From Campylobacterales bacterium (lineage in GTDB: Bacteria; Campylobacterota; Campylobacteria; Campylobacterales; JALSKU01), in contig JALUBK010000038.1 in assembly GCA_027044945.1 (NCBI GenBank), forward strand, positions 8,635-72,634: a stretch of DNA of 64,000 bases. The letters are read 5' to 3'. The number at the start of each line of letters is the position of its first letter. Positions within the stretch are counted from its first letter, which is position 1. Position numbers and translations under genes: made by a program. Shown piece by piece: positions 1-10,235 of the stretch. The notes beneath the pieces are model-generated. The model searched no databases. It saw nothing but the letters and a program-made list of their open reading frames with translations, and was not told the DNA's origin.

Positions 1-761
1 CTTTCAAGTAATTTTAATATTTCGGTATCACAAGTTTCAACATCAGTCTTTGCAATAAAATCATTATCCATTATTTTATTAAAAACAGATAATTGTGTAT
101 TCATAGCTTTTACAGAATTTTTAAATGCATCTACAGGATCTATTTGTCCATCAGTTTCTATTGTAAATACAATTTTTTCATAGTTTGGATTATCTTCAAC
201 CAAAACCTTTTCTATCTCATAAACTGCTTTTCTTACAGGAGTAAAAAATGCATCTAAAGCTATATAATCACTTTCGATACTATTTCTTATATATTCACTT
301 GCAACATATCCTATGCCTTGTGCAATAACAATTGAAAAACTAAATTCAGCATCTTCATTTAATGTTGCTAAATGAACTTCGGGATTGACAATACTAATTT
401 CATTAGTTTCTAAATCACCCCCTTTTAACTCTTGTGCTCCATTAAAAGTATATTTAATTTCTATTTTATCTGTATTTTCATCATTTATTTTAAATCTGAT
501 ATTTTTTAAATTTAATATAAAAAATGCCACATCTTCAAGAATACCCCGAACACTATCAAACTCATGAGTTACTCCATCAATCTTTAATCCGATAGGAGCA
601 TATCCTACACTACTTGAAAACAAAAGTCTTCTTAACGGATGAGCTAAAGTTATAGCAAAACCACTTTCAAATGGATATGCTATAACTTTTGCAGTATGAT
701 CATCGATATTTTGAACTTCCAAATCTGTTGGCATATATGGTATTGTTTTTATTTTATTCAT
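1..761 (-). CDS. rpoA: DNA-directed RNA polymerase alpha subunit, N-terminal part (3' end runs off the window)
   Basis: Manual translation from ATG at 761-759 gives [54 protein letters not shown], an RpoA N-terminal domain. It lies directly after rpsD as in the conserved alpha operon. It is absent from the ORF track because no stop falls in the window. Confidence 0.85.
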   Translation of the reverse strand, partial: MNKIKTIPYMPTDLEVQNIDDHTAKVIAYPFESGFAITLAHPLRRLLFSSSVGYAPIGLKIDGVTHEFDSVRGILEDVAFFILNLKNIRFKINDENTDKIEIKYTFNGAQELKGGDLETNEISIVNPEVHLATLNEDAEFSFSIVIAQGIGYVASEYIRNSIESDYIALDAFFTPVRKAVYEIEKVLVEDNPNYEKIVFTIETDGQIDPVDAFKNSVKAMNTQLSVFNKIMDNDFIAKTDVETCDTEILKLLE

Positions 762-775
762 ATTAAGCCTTTTTA

Positions 776-1402
776 TTATTTTGAATACAATTCGACTATA
801 TATCTCTCTTCAACAGGGATAACAACCTCTTCTCTTTCTGGAATTCTTGTAAAAATTCCAAAAAATTTATCTTTATCGACATCAACCCACGGAACAATTC
901 CAGTTTGTGCTGTCAATTCAATCGCTCGAATAATTTGAGGATTACTTTTTGATTTTTCTTTTACTTCAATTTTTTGACCTGCTTTTACTCTGTATGAAGG
1001 AATATCAACTTTTATTCCATCAACCAAAACATGACCATGAGTTACAAGTTGTCTTGCAAATCGTCTAGTAGTTGCAAAGCCCATTCTATAAAGCACATTA
1101 TCCAATCTTCTTTCAAGAAGTTGAATCAAATTCTCACCTGTATTACCTTGAATACTGTTTGCATCAGAAAAAAGTCTTCTAAATTGTTTTTCACTTACTC
1201 CATACATAAATTTAGCTTTTTGCTTTTCTCGTAATTGCAAACCATATTCACTTACTTTTGATCTTCTTTGTCCATGTTGACCTGGTGCATATGGTCTTTT
1301 GTCAATTGCACTTTTACCAGCAAGTCTTCTTTCGCCTTTAAGTGCAAGAGATGCTCCTAGCCTTCTTTCTATCTTTTCAACTGGTCCTCTATATCTTGCC
1401 AT
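776..1402 (-). CDS. rpsD: 30S ribosomal protein S4
   Basis: 208 aa starting [12 protein letters not shown]. Conserved S4 sequence and operon position (rpsK-rpsD-rpoA). Confidence 0.97.
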   Translation of the reverse strand: MARYRGPVEKIERRLGASLALKGERRLAGKSAIDKRPYAPGQHGQRRSKVSEYGLQLREKQKAKFMYGVSEKQFRRLFSDANSIQGNTGENLIQLLERRLDNVLYRMGFATTRRFARQLVTHGHVLVDGIKVDIPSYRVKAGQKIEVKEKSKSNPQIIRAIELTAQTGIVPWVDVDKDKFFGIFTRIPEREEVVIPVEERYIVELYSK

Positions 1403-1576
1403 TGTTTTATTCTCCTATGATAGCCTCTTATATCTTTAATATTTTTATCCTATTTTCAATAAGACGATTAACTCAATTTTATTTAACTCGATCTCAACTT
1501 TTGTTGAGAAAACTGAAAATCTATTTTTTTATTAGCCATGATTTTCTTCAAGATCAAAATTTACCTTTTGATACTG

Positions 1577-1969
1577 TTATACTCTTCTTCTTTTCGGAGG
1601 TCTGCAACCGTTGTGCGGTAAAGGTGTTATATCTTTAAAAAATGTTACTTTTATGCCTTCATATGCTCCAACACTTTTTACAGCGGTTTCTCTTCCACTT
1701 CCAGGTCCTTGAACTTTAATACCTAATTCTTTTATACCATGTTCTTTAGCTTTAGCAAGTGCATCATCAACAGCTTGTTGTGCAGCATAAGGAGTTGATT
1801 TTTTACTACCTTTGAAGCCTAAGCTTCCAGCACTACTCCAAGCAATAACATTTCCCATTTCATCTGTTACTGTAATAACAGTATTATTAAATGTTGCTGA
1901 AATATATATAATACCTTTAGCGATATTTTTCTTTACAACTTTTTTTCTAGTTACTTTTCTTTTTGCCAT
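1577..1969 (-). CDS. rpsK: 30S ribosomal protein S11
   Basis: 130 aa with the conserved S11 C-terminus [17 protein letters not shown]. Operon order supports the call. Confidence 0.97.
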   Translation of the reverse strand: MAKRKVTRKKVVKKNIAKGIIYISATFNNTVITVTDEMGNVIAWSSAGSLGFKGSKKSTPYAAQQAVDDALAKAKEHGIKELGIKVQGPGSGRETAVKSVGAYEGIKVTFFKDITPLPHNGCRPPKRRRV

Positions 1970-1983
1970 ATTCTACCTCTTGC

Positions 1984-2352
1984 TTATTTAGTAGCTGAAC
2001 CGACAGTTTTTTTCCTGCCTTTTCTTGTTCTTGCATTAGTTTTTGTTTTTTGACCACGAACAGGCAAACCTCTTCTGTGTCTTAAACCTCTATAATTCCC
2101 TAAATCCATCAAAGATTTTATATCCATGGCAACTTGTTTTCTAAGATCGCCTTCAACAGTATAATTCTTTTGAATTTCTTGTCTTATAGCTGCCACTTCA
2201 TCTTCGTTTAATTCATTTACTCTTTTATTATAAGAGATGCCAGTAGCATCCAATATATCTCTAGAAGTTTTAAGTCCTATACCATAAATATAAGTCAAAG
2301 CATACTCTATTCTTTTTTTCATAGGTAAATCTACACCTGCAATTCTTGCCAT
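1984..2352 (-). CDS. rpsM: 30S ribosomal protein S13
   Basis: [10 protein letters not shown]... is the canonical S13 N-terminus. The track start at 2355 is an upstream in-frame TTG; the ATG at 2352 is preferred. Confidence 0.96.
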   Translation of the reverse strand: MARIAGVDLPMKKRIEYALTYIYGIGLKTSRDILDATGISYNKRVNELNEDEVAAIRQEIQKNYTVEGDLRKQVAMDIKSLMDLGNYRGLRHRRGLPVRGQKTKTNARTRKGRKKTVGSATK

Positions 2353-2356
2353 CAAA

Positions 2357-2470
2357 TCATCCTTGTCTTTGTTTGTGTTTAGGGTTTACGCAAATTACTC
2401 TTACTGACCCTCTTCTTTTAATAATCTTGCATTTTGCACACATTTTTTTAACACTTGGTCTAACTTTCAC
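2357..2470 (-). CDS. rpmJ: 50S ribosomal protein L36
   Basis: Not in the ORF track (under 60 aa). Manual translation from GTG at 2470 gives [37 protein letters not shown]. It has the zinc-ribbon C-x2-C...C motif, an AAGGAG Shine-Dalgarno upstream, and sits between infA and rpsM. Confidence 0.9.
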   Translation of the reverse strand: MKVRPSVKKMCAKCKIIKRRGSVRVICVNPKHKQRQG

Positions 2471-2624
2471 TTCAAGCTCCTTGTTTTAATTCCACTAACA
2501 ATCAACTGTTTCTAGGTTTATGGAATTTACATAAACCAATAACTAAAAAAATAGTGGTGCTTTTTTAGTTATTCTTCATACAGTTTCAAAAGGGGAGGAA
2601 TTATACCCTAATTTTAATAAAAAA
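2471..2624 (-). promoter_or_regulatory. Structured 154-nt infA-rpmJ spacer or leader: TATAAT box plus two adjacent perfect hairpins
   Basis: On the minus strand, TATAAT lies at 2605-2600. Hairpin GGTTTATG/CATAAACC is at 2515-2537. The 10-bp A/T hairpin AACTAAAAAA/TTTTTTAGTT is at 2541-2570. AATTCCA near the rpmJ Shine-Dalgarno could alternatively pair with TGGAATT at 2521-2527. Confidence 0.3.
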
Positions 2625-2843
2625 TTACTTATATCTATAAGTTATTCTACCTTTATCTAAACTATAAGGTGTTAATTCAACCTTAACTTTATCGCCAGGC
2701 ATTATTTTTATATAATGCATTCTCATTTTACCAGCTATATGACAAAGCACTTGATGCCCATTATCAAGTTCAACTTGAAATGTAGCATTTGGCAATGCTT
2801 CAACAACTTTACCGTCTATTTCAATAACATCATCTTTAGCCAT
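2625..2843 (-). CDS. infA: Translation initiation factor IF-1
   Basis: 72 aa, [37 protein letters not shown], canonical IF-1. Confidence 0.97.
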   Translation of the reverse strand: MAKDDVIEIDGKVVEALPNATFQVELDNGHQVLCHIAGKMRMHYIKIMPGDKVKVELTPYSLDKGRITYRYK

Positions 2844-2868
2844 TCATCCTCCTTTTTATTTTAATGTC

Positions 2869-2894
2869 CTGTTTGTGAACAAGTCCACAAACAG
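2869..2894 (-). other. 9-bp perfect hairpin (CTGTTTGTG / CACAAACAG) in the map-infA spacer
   Basis: The inverted repeat was read directly. It sits in a locally GC-richer 91-nt spacer upstream of infA. Confidence 0.35.
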
Positions 2895-2934
2895 CTCTTC
2901 AGCAGAGTGCCCTCGAGACACTTGTCGCTCTAAA

Positions 2935-3696
2935 TTATGACAAACTAAGTATTTCTGCTCTATTATTAACTATTGCTACGCAATGCTCATAGTGAGATCC
3001 TCTGAGTCCATCTTCACTTATAACTGACCATTTGTCTGCAAGTATTTTTGGTTTTCCCTCTTTTTGGCAAATCATAGGCTCTAAACAAAAAACCATACCA
3101 TTTTTAATTTTAGGACCTGCCTTTGGATTGTGCCCTTCTAAATAATTTGGTATTTCCGGTTCCTCATGTGGTTTTTTACCTATTCCATGACCACAAAATC
3201 CCCTAAGAGGAACAAAACCTTTTGATAAAATAAATTCTTCAGTTTTATAACTTAATTCTTTAAATCTCATTCCTGTTTTTATTGTATCAATAGCATACAT
3301 TAAAGTTTGGTAAGAACAATCGATTAATTTTTGATCTTCTTTTGAAATTTCGCCAACTCCCATAGTTATAGCAGCATCTCCAAAAAATCCATTAAGCTTA
3401 ACACCTATATCAAGCCCCAATATGTCACCTTCTTGGATAACAGTATTATCGGGAATTCCATGGATTATAACTTCATTTAATGAAGTGCAAACTCCAGCAG
3501 GAAAACCATAAAGTCCTTTAAAGGCAGGTATTGCATTATCAAAACTATATATATAATCTTCACCCATTTTATTTATTTCGGCTGTGGTCATTCCTGGCTT
3601 AATTAAATTTCTTAAATACTCTAGAGTTTGAGCGACAATTTTATTTGCCGCTCTTAATTTTTCAATTTCTTCAGCTTTTTTTAAAGATATTGCCAC
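2935..3696 (-). CDS. map: Methionine aminopeptidase type I
   Basis: 253 aa with conserved MAP metal-site context (HGIP, D..G.D.G, CGHGIG, EP). It follows secY with a 1-nt overlap. Confidence 0.95.
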   Translation of the reverse strand: MAISLKKAEEIEKLRAANKIVAQTLEYLRNLIKPGMTTAEINKMGEDYIYSFDNAIPAFKGLYGFPAGVCTSLNEVIIHGIPDNTVIQEGDILGLDIGVKLNGFFGDAAITMGVGEISKEDQKLIDCSYQTLMYAIDTIKTGMRFKELSYKTEEFILSKGFVPLRGFCGHGIGKKPHEEPEIPNYLEGHNPKAGPKIKNGMVFCLEPMICQKEGKPKILADKWSVISEDGLRGSHYEHCVAIVNNRAEILSLS

Positions 3697-4958
3697 TATA
3701 AGCCTACTGCACTAAGTGTTTTATATTTACTCATATAAATTTGAGCCTCTATTTTTCTCATTGTATCTAATGCAACTTGAATTACAATCAAAACTGCAGT
3801 TCCTCCAAAATAGAAAGGAACACCCATAAATTTAACAAGCATCCAAGGCAGTGTTGATATGATTGCCAAATACAATGCACCCCAAAAAGTTAATCTACTA
3901 GCCACTTCATTTAAAAACATAGCAGTAGAATGACCTGGTCTAACACCAGGAATAAATCCACCTTGTCTTTTTAAATTATCTGAAATATCTTTTGAATTAA
4001 AAGCAATAGAAGCATAAAAATATGCAAAAAAGATAACAAAAAGAAACATTAAAAGGTTAAAGAAATAACTATTTGGGCTTAAAAAATCTCTTATCATAAT
4101 AATATATTTATTTGTGCTTGTTTGAACCAATGTTGATGGAAACATTAAAATAGCACTTGCAAAAATAGGAGGAATAACTCCACTTAAATTTAATTTAACA
4201 GGTATATAATTCATAACTCTTTTATTTTGATTTTCCATCATTATTTTTCTAGAATACGAAATAGGAACTCTTCTTTCTCCTAATTCTACATAAATAATAA
4301 AACCAACGGTAATTATAATAATCGCCAACATTGCAAGCACAACTAAAAAATTTAATTCACCTGTATTTACTAATTTTATAGTTCCACCAATAGCACTTGG
4401 AATGCTGGAAACAATTCCTGCAAAGATAATAAGACTTATACCATTTCCTACTCCTCTTTGAGTAATTTGCTCACCAATCCACATCAAAAGCATAGTTCCA
4501 GTTAGCATTGATATTGCAGCAATTGGAATAAATGTGCCCATACTTATCATGATGGCACTTTCGCCTCCTCGTCCAGTTAAGCTATGAAGCCCCATTGAAA
4601 CTCCAACGGCTTGAATAAGAGTAATTGCAACGGTAGCATATCTAATAATTTGCATATATTTTTCCATACCGTCTCTCTCTTTTTTCATTTTACCTAAAGC
4701 TGGAAAAGTTGCTGCCAATAATTCAAATATAATAGAAGCGGTAATATATGGCATAATTCCTAAAGATATAATACTGAGTCTTTGAGCTGCTTTACCACTA
4801 AACATATTAAGCATACCAAGTGCATTATTGCTATTAGTATTAAAAAATTCTTTTACAACATCTATATTTACACCAGGAACTGGAATATAAGCTAAAATTC
4901 TATATGCAAACAAAAATCCTAATGTTATTAAAATTTTATTTGTCAACTCTTTATTCAT
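3696..4958 (-). CDS. secY: Preprotein translocase subunit SecY
   Basis: 420 aa polytopic membrane protein with SecY motifs (ITLGFLF.YR, GIMPYITASII, GISLIIFAGIV). spc-operon position supports the call. Confidence 0.97.
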   Translation of the reverse strand: MNKELTNKILITLGFLFAYRILAYIPVPGVNIDVVKEFFNTNSNNALGMLNMFSGKAAQRLSIISLGIMPYITASIIFELLAATFPALGKMKKERDGMEKYMQIIRYATVAITLIQAVGVSMGLHSLTGRGGESAIMISMGTFIPIAAISMLTGTMLLMWIGEQITQRGVGNGISLIIFAGIVSSIPSAIGGTIKLVNTGELNFLVVLAMLAIIIITVGFIIYVELGERRVPISYSRKIMMENQNKRVMNYIPVKLNLSGVIPPIFASAILMFPSTLVQTSTNKYIIMIRDFLSPNSYFFNLLMFLFVIFFAYFYASIAFNSKDISDNLKRQGGFIPGVRPGHSTAMFLNEVASRLTFWGALYLAIISTLPWMLVKFMGVPFYFGGTAVLIVIQVALDTMRKIEAQIYMSKYKTLSAVGL

Positions 4959-4990
4959 TAAATTCTCCTATAATAAGAGAATTATGAGCA

Positions 4991-5040
4991 GAATCATGTA
5001 ATTCATAATTCATAATTCATAATTCATAATTCATAATTTA
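4991..5040. repeat. Heptanucleotide tandem repeat: (AATTCAT)x5 perfect at 5000-5034, plus degenerate flanking copies
   Basis: Read directly: gaatcatgt aattcat aattcat aattcat aattcat aattcat aattta. It lies in the rplO-secY spacer. Confidence 0.95.
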
Positions 5041-5042
5041 TT

Positions 5043-5444
5043 TTAGCCTCTTCTACTTGTTATAACATTTTCATCTTTGATTTTAGAAGCCAAATCTTTA
5101 GCTCCATTGCCTATCAATTTAACTTTTTTGATACTATTTTTCATTTTATGAATTTTTTTAATATTATCTAATGTTATCTCTTCAAGCTCAGCAATTTTTG
5201 TCATTTTATTAATATTTATAACATATGGTTTTTCTATTTTAGTAGTAAAACCAACTTTTGGAAGCCTTCTTTGCAACGGTTGCTGTCCGCCCTCAAAACC
5301 TCTTTTTATTGAATAGCCTGTTCTACTTTTTTGACCATTCGCACCTCTTGAAGCAGTTTTTCCCATTCCACTTCCTTGTCCTCTTCCTACTCTTTTTTTC
5401 TTAAATGTAGAATTTTCAGCTTTTTCTAAATTATGTAATGCCAT
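5043..5444 (-). CDS. rplO: 50S ribosomal protein L15
   Basis: 133 aa with a Gly-rich N-terminus ([21 protein letters not shown]) typical of L15. Confidence 0.96.
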   Translation of the reverse strand: MALHNLEKAENSTFKKKRVGRGQGSGMGKTASRGANGQKSRTGYSIKRGFEGGQQPLQRRLPKVGFTTKIEKPYVININKMTKIAELEEITLDNIKKIHKMKNSIKKVKLIGNGAKDLASKIKDENVITSRRG

Positions 5445-5455
5445 AACTGTTTCCT

Positions 5456-5896
5456 TTATTTTAACATGCTAAGAGCTTTAATAGTTGCTCTAACTACATT
5501 TGCTGGGTTATTTGAACCAAGTGATTTTGTCAAAATATCTTTTATTCCTGCCAATTCAACAACTGGTCTTGTTGCACCACCTGCAATAATACCTGTTCCT
5601 TCACTAGCTGGTTTCAATAACATTCTACTTGCATTAAATTTTATTTCAATATCATGAGATATAGTTGAGCCTTTAATATTTACTTTTATAATATTTTTAA
5701 AAGCATCATCAACAGCCTTTTTGATTGCATCAGGAACTTCTTTGGCTTTACCAAATCCATACCCCACATGCCCTTTTTTATCTCCAATAACTACTAATGC
5801 AGTAAATCTAAATCTTCTACCGCCCTTAACAACTTTTGCAACTCTACCAATATTTACAATTACTTCTTCAAATTCTTCTTTATTATATTTTTCCAT
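5456..5896 (-). CDS. rpsE: 30S ribosomal protein S5
   Basis: Conserved S5 core ([30 protein letters not shown]). Start moved to the ATG at 5896 (MEKYNKEEF), which has AGAGGA 5 nt upstream. The track start at 5926 would overlap rplR. Confidence 0.93.
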   Translation of the reverse strand: MEKYNKEEFEEVIVNIGRVAKVVKGGRRFRFTALVVIGDKKGHVGYGFGKAKEVPDAIKKAVDDAFKNIIKVNIKGSTISHDIEIKFNASRMLLKPASEGTGIIAGGATRPVVELAGIKDILTKSLGSNNPANVVRATIKALSMLK

Positions 5897-5909
5897 TAGT
5901 TCCTCTTTA

Positions 5910-6266
5910 CTATAACTTAATGCCATTATCTCTTAAGGCATCTGCAAATGAAACAACTACACCATTATACTGATATCCGTTTCTATCAAAAACAACTTGT
6001 TCAATACTACTTTTTTTAAGAGTTTCTGCAAAATTTTTAGCAATCTCTTTGGCACTTTCTTGATTAGCTTTTAATCCTAGTTTTTTACCATCAACTGAAC
6101 AAATTGTTACACCTTGTGTATCATCAATTGCTTGCGCATAAAGATATCTATTAGACTTAAATATAGTAACTCTTGGAATAGATGAAGTCCCATTTATTTT
6201 AGCTCTTATTCTTTTTTTTCTTTTGATTCTTAAAGCGTTTTTTTGTTTTAATAATTTTTCTCTCAT
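5910..6266 (-). CDS. rplR: 50S ribosomal protein L18
   Basis: 118 aa; RPR..V.KSN..IYAQ.IDD pattern and operon order. Confidence 0.95.
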   Translation of the reverse strand: MREKLLKQKNALRIKRKKRIRAKINGTSSIPRVTIFKSNRYLYAQAIDDTQGVTICSVDGKKLGLKANQESAKEIAKNFAETLKKSSIEQVVFDRNGYQYNGVVVSFADALRDNGIKL

Positions 6267-6275
6267 CTTATACCC

Positions 6276-6809
6276 CTATTTACCTGTTTTTCCGGCTTTT
6301 CTGATAATAGTTTCATCAGAATATTTAACACCTTTGCCTTTGTAAGGCTCTGGTGGTCTGAAACTTCTTATATCAGCTGCTACTTGACCTACTTGTTGTT
6401 TATCATCACCTTTTATAGTAATAATATTTTTTTCAACACTTATATTTATACTTTTAGGAATATCATAGTTTATAGGATGAGAAAATCCCAAGTTCAATTC
6501 AAGAACATTACCTTTAACAGCAGCTCTATAACCAACACCATTTATTTCTAATTTTTTTTCAAAACCTGAAGTTAAACCTAAGATTATATTATAACTAATT
6601 GATCTGTAAGTTCCCCAATAAGCTTTACTCTGCCTATCCTCATTTTTTGGTAAAAAAATAATTTTATTATCTTCTATAGAAACTTTTACATTATCTTTTG
6701 TATCCAACTCTTTTTGAGCTTTCCCATTTTTAAATATTATTTTAGCACCTTCAAGTTTTACTTCAACACCTGAAGGTATATCTACAGGTAATTTACCTAT
6801 TCTTGACAT
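6276..6809 (-). CDS. rplF: 50S ribosomal protein L6
   Basis: 177 aa starting [22 protein letters not shown] motif. Confidence 0.96.
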   Translation of the reverse strand: MSRIGKLPVDIPSGVEVKLEGAKIIFKNGKAQKELDTKDNVKVSIEDNKIIFLPKNEDRQSKAYWGTYRSISYNIILGLTSGFEKKLEINGVGYRAAVKGNVLELNLGFSHPINYDIPKSINISVEKNIITIKGDDKQQVGQVAADIRSFRPPEPYKGKGVKYSDETIIRKAGKTGK

Positions 6810-6870
6810 ATTTTTCCTTTTTTATTTGTCTACAAACAAGAAAACTTGTTTGAATGCCATAAAAATTAGC

Positions 6871-7266
6871 CTACCAAATGCTACAAAGCAATTCGCCGCC
6901 AACTCTATCCCTAAATGCTACATCATTGCTTAAAACACCTTTAGAAGTGCTAACAATAATTGTTCCATAACCATTTTTAAATTTTTTCAATTCATCTGCA
7001 CCTTTATAGACTCTTCTTCCAGGTTTAGATATTTTTTTCAATTCAGTAATAACACTATTACCATTTTCATCATATTTTAATGTTACAGTGATAAATTTTT
7101 TAACATTTTCCTCTTTAACACTATAATCTTCAATATAACCTTTTTCTTTAAATATTTCCAAAACAGCTTCAACAAGTTTAGAATGAAGTAAAGTTGTATT
7201 GTCCAACTTTCTCATAGAAGCATTTCTTATTCTGGTTAATGCATCAGATACCATATCATTTATCAT
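6871..7266 (-). CDS. rpsH: 30S ribosomal protein S8
   Basis: 131 aa; D...D.LTRIRNA and C-terminal GGE.LC..W. Confidence 0.96.
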   Translation of the reverse strand: MINDMVSDALTRIRNASMRKLDNTTLLHSKLVEAVLEIFKEKGYIEDYSVKEENVKKFITVTLKYDENGNSVITELKKISKPGRRVYKGADELKKFKNGYGTIIVSTSKGVLSNDVAFRDRVGGELLCSIW

Positions 7267-7275
7267 TTATAATCC

Positions 7276-7461
7276 TTACCAACTAGCTTTTTTAAGTCCG
7301 GGAATTAACCCTTCATTGGCCATTTTTCTAAGACATATTCTACAAATTCCGAAATCTTTATATACAGAATGAGGTCTTCCACAAATTTGACATCTAGTAT
7401 AAGCTCTTGAGCTAAACTTTGGTTTTCTTTGTTGCTTAGCAATCATTGATTTTTTAGCCAT
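7276..7461 (-). CDS. rpsN: 30S ribosomal protein S14, short zinc-binding (type Z) form
   Basis: 61 aa with CQICGRP...CRIC zinc-ribbon cysteines and a C-terminal KASW. Confidence 0.95.
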   Translation of the reverse strand: MAKKSMIAKQQRKPKFSSRAYTRCQICGRPHSVYKDFGICRICLRKMANEGLIPGLKKASW

Positions 7462-8009
7462 TATTTTTTTCCTTTTGCAAATGGAATTCCTATGAGTTCC
7501 AATAATTTAAAAGCACTTTTATCATCATCTGCTGTTGTTACTATAGTTATATTCATACCGTGAGTTCTTAATATATTATCATATTCAATTTCAGGGAAAA
7601 TTAATTGTTCATCAAGTCCAAAGTTATAATTACCTCTTCCATCAAAACCATTTGTTTTTAATCCTCTAAAATCTTTCACTCTAGGTAGTGCGATTGATAT
7701 TAATTTATCTAAAAATATAAACATTCTATCTTTTCTTAATGTAACTTTTACTCCAACAGGATACCCTTCTCTTACTTTGAAACCGGCAACTGATTTTTTA
7801 GCAACAGTAACAACAGCATGTTGTCCAGCAATCAAAGAGATTGTATCTTGAATATTTTGCAAAATTTTAGCATCTTTTGCAAATTCACCAGCACCAACAC
7901 TTATAATCACTTTTTCAATAGCAGGAATAAGCATAGGATTTTTAATATCCAACTCTTTTGACAAAGCTGGTTTTATCTCATCAGTATATCTCTTTTTTAA
8001 TCTATCCAT
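7461..8009 (-). CDS. rplE: 50S ribosomal protein L5
   Basis: 182 aa; conserved L5 blocks ([16 protein letters not shown]) and operon order. Confidence 0.96.
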   Translation of the reverse strand: MDRLKKRYTDEIKPALSKELDIKNPMLIPAIEKVIISVGAGEFAKDAKILQNIQDTISLIAGQHAVVTVAKKSVAGFKVREGYPVGVKVTLRKDRMFIFLDKLISIALPRVKDFRGLKTNGFDGRGNYNFGLDEQLIFPEIEYDNILRTHGMNITIVTTADDDKSAFKLLELIGIPFAKGKK

Positions 8010-8011
8010 TA

Positions 8012-8245
8012 CTAATCCTCAACTTTTTGAACATTTGAAATATGTATAGGTTTTTCAATACTTGCAAAACCACCTTTTGGATTTTTTTCAGTTGGTTTTA
8101 CAGCTTTTTTAACTACCTTACATCCAGCAACAATTACTTGAAAAGTTTTAGGAAGCACTTGAAGCACTTCTGCAACTTTACCTTTATCATCTCCAGCAAT
8201 GATTTTTACTTGATCACCTTTTTTAATTTTCAATTTTATTGCCAT
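8012..8245 (-). CDS. rplX: 50S ribosomal protein L24
   Basis: 77 aa with a KOW motif (IKKGD.V.II.G.DKGK). Confidence 0.95.
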   Translation of the reverse strand: MAIKLKIKKGDQVKIIAGDDKGKVAEVLQVLPKTFQVIVAGCKVVKKAVKPTEKNPKGGFASIEKPIHISNVQKVED

Positions 8246-8613
8246 TATAATACCTCCGGAGCAAGTGAAACTATTTTCATAAAGTTAGCATATCTTATTT
8301 CTCTGCCAACAGGACCAAATATCCTTGTTCCCATAGGTTCTTTTTTTGCATCCAAGATAACAGCTGCATTTTCGTCAAACTTAATCAAAGAGCCATTTTC
8401 TCTTTGAACCTCTTTTTTAGTTCGAACAATTACAGCTTTGACAACTTGACCTTTTTTTACTTTTCCATTAGGAATAGCTTTTTTAACTGATGCAACAATA
8501 ACATCGCCTAAAGTTGCATATCTTCTTTTGCTACCGCCCAAAACTTTAATACACATTATCTCTTTTGCACCGCTGTTATCAGCGATTTTTAATCTTGTAA
8601 AGCTCTGGATCAT
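8245..8613 (-). CDS. rplN: 50S ribosomal protein L14
   Basis: 122 aa starting [25 protein letters not shown], canonical L14. Confidence 0.97.
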   Translation of the reverse strand: MIQSFTRLKIADNSGAKEIMCIKVLGGSKRRYATLGDVIVASVKKAIPNGKVKKGQVVKAVIVRTKKEVQRENGSLIKFDENAAVILDAKKEPMGTRIFGPVGREIRYANFMKIVSLAPEVL

Positions 8614-8906
8614 ATCTTCTCTCCCAATTCACTATCAACATCAACTTTTTTGATGCTCATATCAATGCCTTCAATACTTTCCAATCTATAAGCTTTTTTC
8701 TTACTAATAGGTCTACATTCAATAGCACTTACTATATCTCCAACATTTGATTGATTGTTTTCGTCATGCACTAAATATTTTTTAAATCTTTTTACAAATT
8801 TTCTATATCTAGGGTGCATAACTCTTCTTTCAACCATAACAGTCGCTGTTTTATCGCCAGCTTTGCTTACTACCACACCGTGTATTACTCTTTTTAAAGA
8901 AGCCAT
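8610..8906 (-). CDS. rpsQ: 30S ribosomal protein S17 (with an acidic C-terminal tail of about 15 aa)
   Basis: [39 protein letters not shown] is canonical S17. The ATG at 8906 (MASLKR) is preferred over the track's upstream alternative start at 8915. Confidence 0.94.
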   Translation of the reverse strand: MASLKRVIHGVVVSKAGDKTATVMVERRVMHPRYRKFVKRFKKYLVHDENNQSNVGDIVSAIECRPISKKKAYRLESIEGIDMSIKKVDVDSELGEKI

Positions 8907-8920
8907 AGTTACCAACCTTC

Positions 8921-9115
8921 TTACTTGTTATTTTGAAGAGCAGAGATTGCAGTTTTTATTCTTGCAACATCTCGTCTTGCTTCTTTTATCTCATTAGGAT
9001 TTGTTAACTGCATTGTTTTAAGCTTAGATCTAAGCTTAAAAATCAGCACCTTTTTTTCTTTTAATAATTCTTGTAATTCTTTTAAATTTTTATCATTTAA
9101 ATCAATATATTTCAT
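8921..9115 (-). CDS. rpmC: 50S ribosomal protein L29
   Basis: [39 protein letters not shown] is the L29 pattern. Start is ambiguous: ATG at 9115 is preferred by analogy with the MKY... start of Campylobacter L29, and ATG at 9124 is also possible. Confidence 0.9.
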   Translation of the reverse strand: MKYIDLNDKNLKELQELLKEKKVLIFKLRSKLKTMQLTNPNEIKEARRDVARIKTAISALQNNK

Positions 9116-9527
9116 TCTCGCCATCCCTTGTAACTATTTTAGTTTTAAATGGAAGTTTGTGCTTTGCCAAAGTTAAAGCTTCTCTAGCTAATTCTTCGCT
9201 AACTCCAGCCATTTCAAAGATAATTCTTCCGGGTTTAATATTCATAACCCACTCTTCAACTGCACCTTTACCTTTACCCATTCTTACTTCTAATGGCTTA
9301 GATGTGATAGGTTTGTCAGGGAAAACTCTTATCCAACTTTTTGCCATTCTGTTTACTTTTCTAGTCATAGCGATCCTTGCCGCTTCTATTTGACGAGAAT
9401 TAATTCTACCCGCTTCTACAGCTTTTAAGGCAATTTCACCAAAAGCAATAGAACTACCTCTGTAAGATTTACCTCTATTTCTACCTTTTTGCTGTTTTCT
9501 ATATTTTGTTCTTTTTGGCATTAACAT
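9102..9527 (-). CDS. rplP: 50S ribosomal protein L16
   Basis: 141 aa starting [18 protein letters not shown], canonical L16. Confidence 0.97.
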   Translation of the reverse strand: MLMPKRTKYRKQQKGRNRGKSYRGSSIAFGEIALKAVEAGRINSRQIEAARIAMTRKVNRMAKSWIRVFPDKPITSKPLEVRMGKGKGAVEEWVMNIKPGRIIFEMAGVSEELAREALTLAKHKLPFKTKIVTRDGENEIY

Positions 9528-9529
9528 AG

Positions 9530-10234
9530 CTAGTTACCTCTTCTATTTCTTCTATTATCTCTTCTATTATCTCTTCTAGGTTTTTTTGTATTCTCAGGTG
9601 CAATACCTTTTGTAAGAACTTCCCCTTTAAAAATCCAAACTTTTACACCTATGATACCATAAGCAGTTTGAGCTTCTGCAAAACCATATTCTATTTTTGC
9701 TCTTAATGTATGCAAAGGAACTCTTCCTTCAAGATACCATTCAGTTCTAGCCATTTCAGCTCCACCAAGTCTTCCAGCAACAGATACTTTAATACCTTTT
9801 GCACCAGATTTTTGAGCATTTTGAATAACTTTTTTCATTGCTCTTCTAAAAGCAATTCTTCTTTCTAATTGCATAGCAACATTTTCAGCAGCAAGTTGAG
9901 CATCACTTCCAGTTCTTCTAACTTCCTGGATATTTACATTAATATCTTTACCTATAAGTTTAGTAAGCTTAACTTTCAACTTTTCTATGTCAGCACCTTT
10001 TTTACCAATAATGATTCCAGGTCTTCCAGCAACAACAGTTACTCTTAATTTTTTAGCTGTTCTTTCTATAATTATTTGAGAAATTCCTGCATAATATAAT
10101 TCTTTTTTAAGAAATTTTCTTATCTTATAATCTTCGCCGATATTCTCAGGTAAATTACTACCAGGGAACCATCTTGAATCCCAATTTCTATTTATTCCTA
10201 GTCTTAGTCCGATAGGATTTACTTTTTGTCCCAT
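9530..10234 (-). CDS. rpsC: 30S ribosomal protein S3 (basic RRDN-repeat C-terminal tail)
   Basis: 234 aa starting [22 protein letters not shown], with KH-domain blocks. Confidence 0.97.
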   Translation of the reverse strand: MGQKVNPIGLRLGINRNWDSRWFPGSNLPENIGEDYKIRKFLKKELYYAGISQIIIERTAKKLRVTVVAGRPGIIIGKKGADIEKLKVKLTKLIGKDINVNIQEVRRTGSDAQLAAENVAMQLERRIAFRRAMKKVIQNAQKSGAKGIKVSVAGRLGGAEMARTEWYLEGRVPLHTLRAKIEYGFAEAQTAYGIIGVKVWIFKGEVLTKGIAPENTKKPRRDNRRDNRRNRRGN

Positions 10235-10235
10235 G

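Noticed and set aside
4991-5040. The heptamer tandem repeat could be a CRISPR array or a mobile-element end.
   Set aside because: - The unit is only 7 nt with no spacers.
- No cas genes or transposase are nearby.
- It is a simple microsatellite.
9530-9585. A 12-nt tandem repeat (tctcttctatta x2) encodes the RRDNRRDN tail of S3. S17 also has an acidic C-terminal extension (8610-8660).
   Set aside because: Lineage-specific tails on ribosomal proteins are common, and there is no evidence of special function. It is only a minor compositional curiosity.
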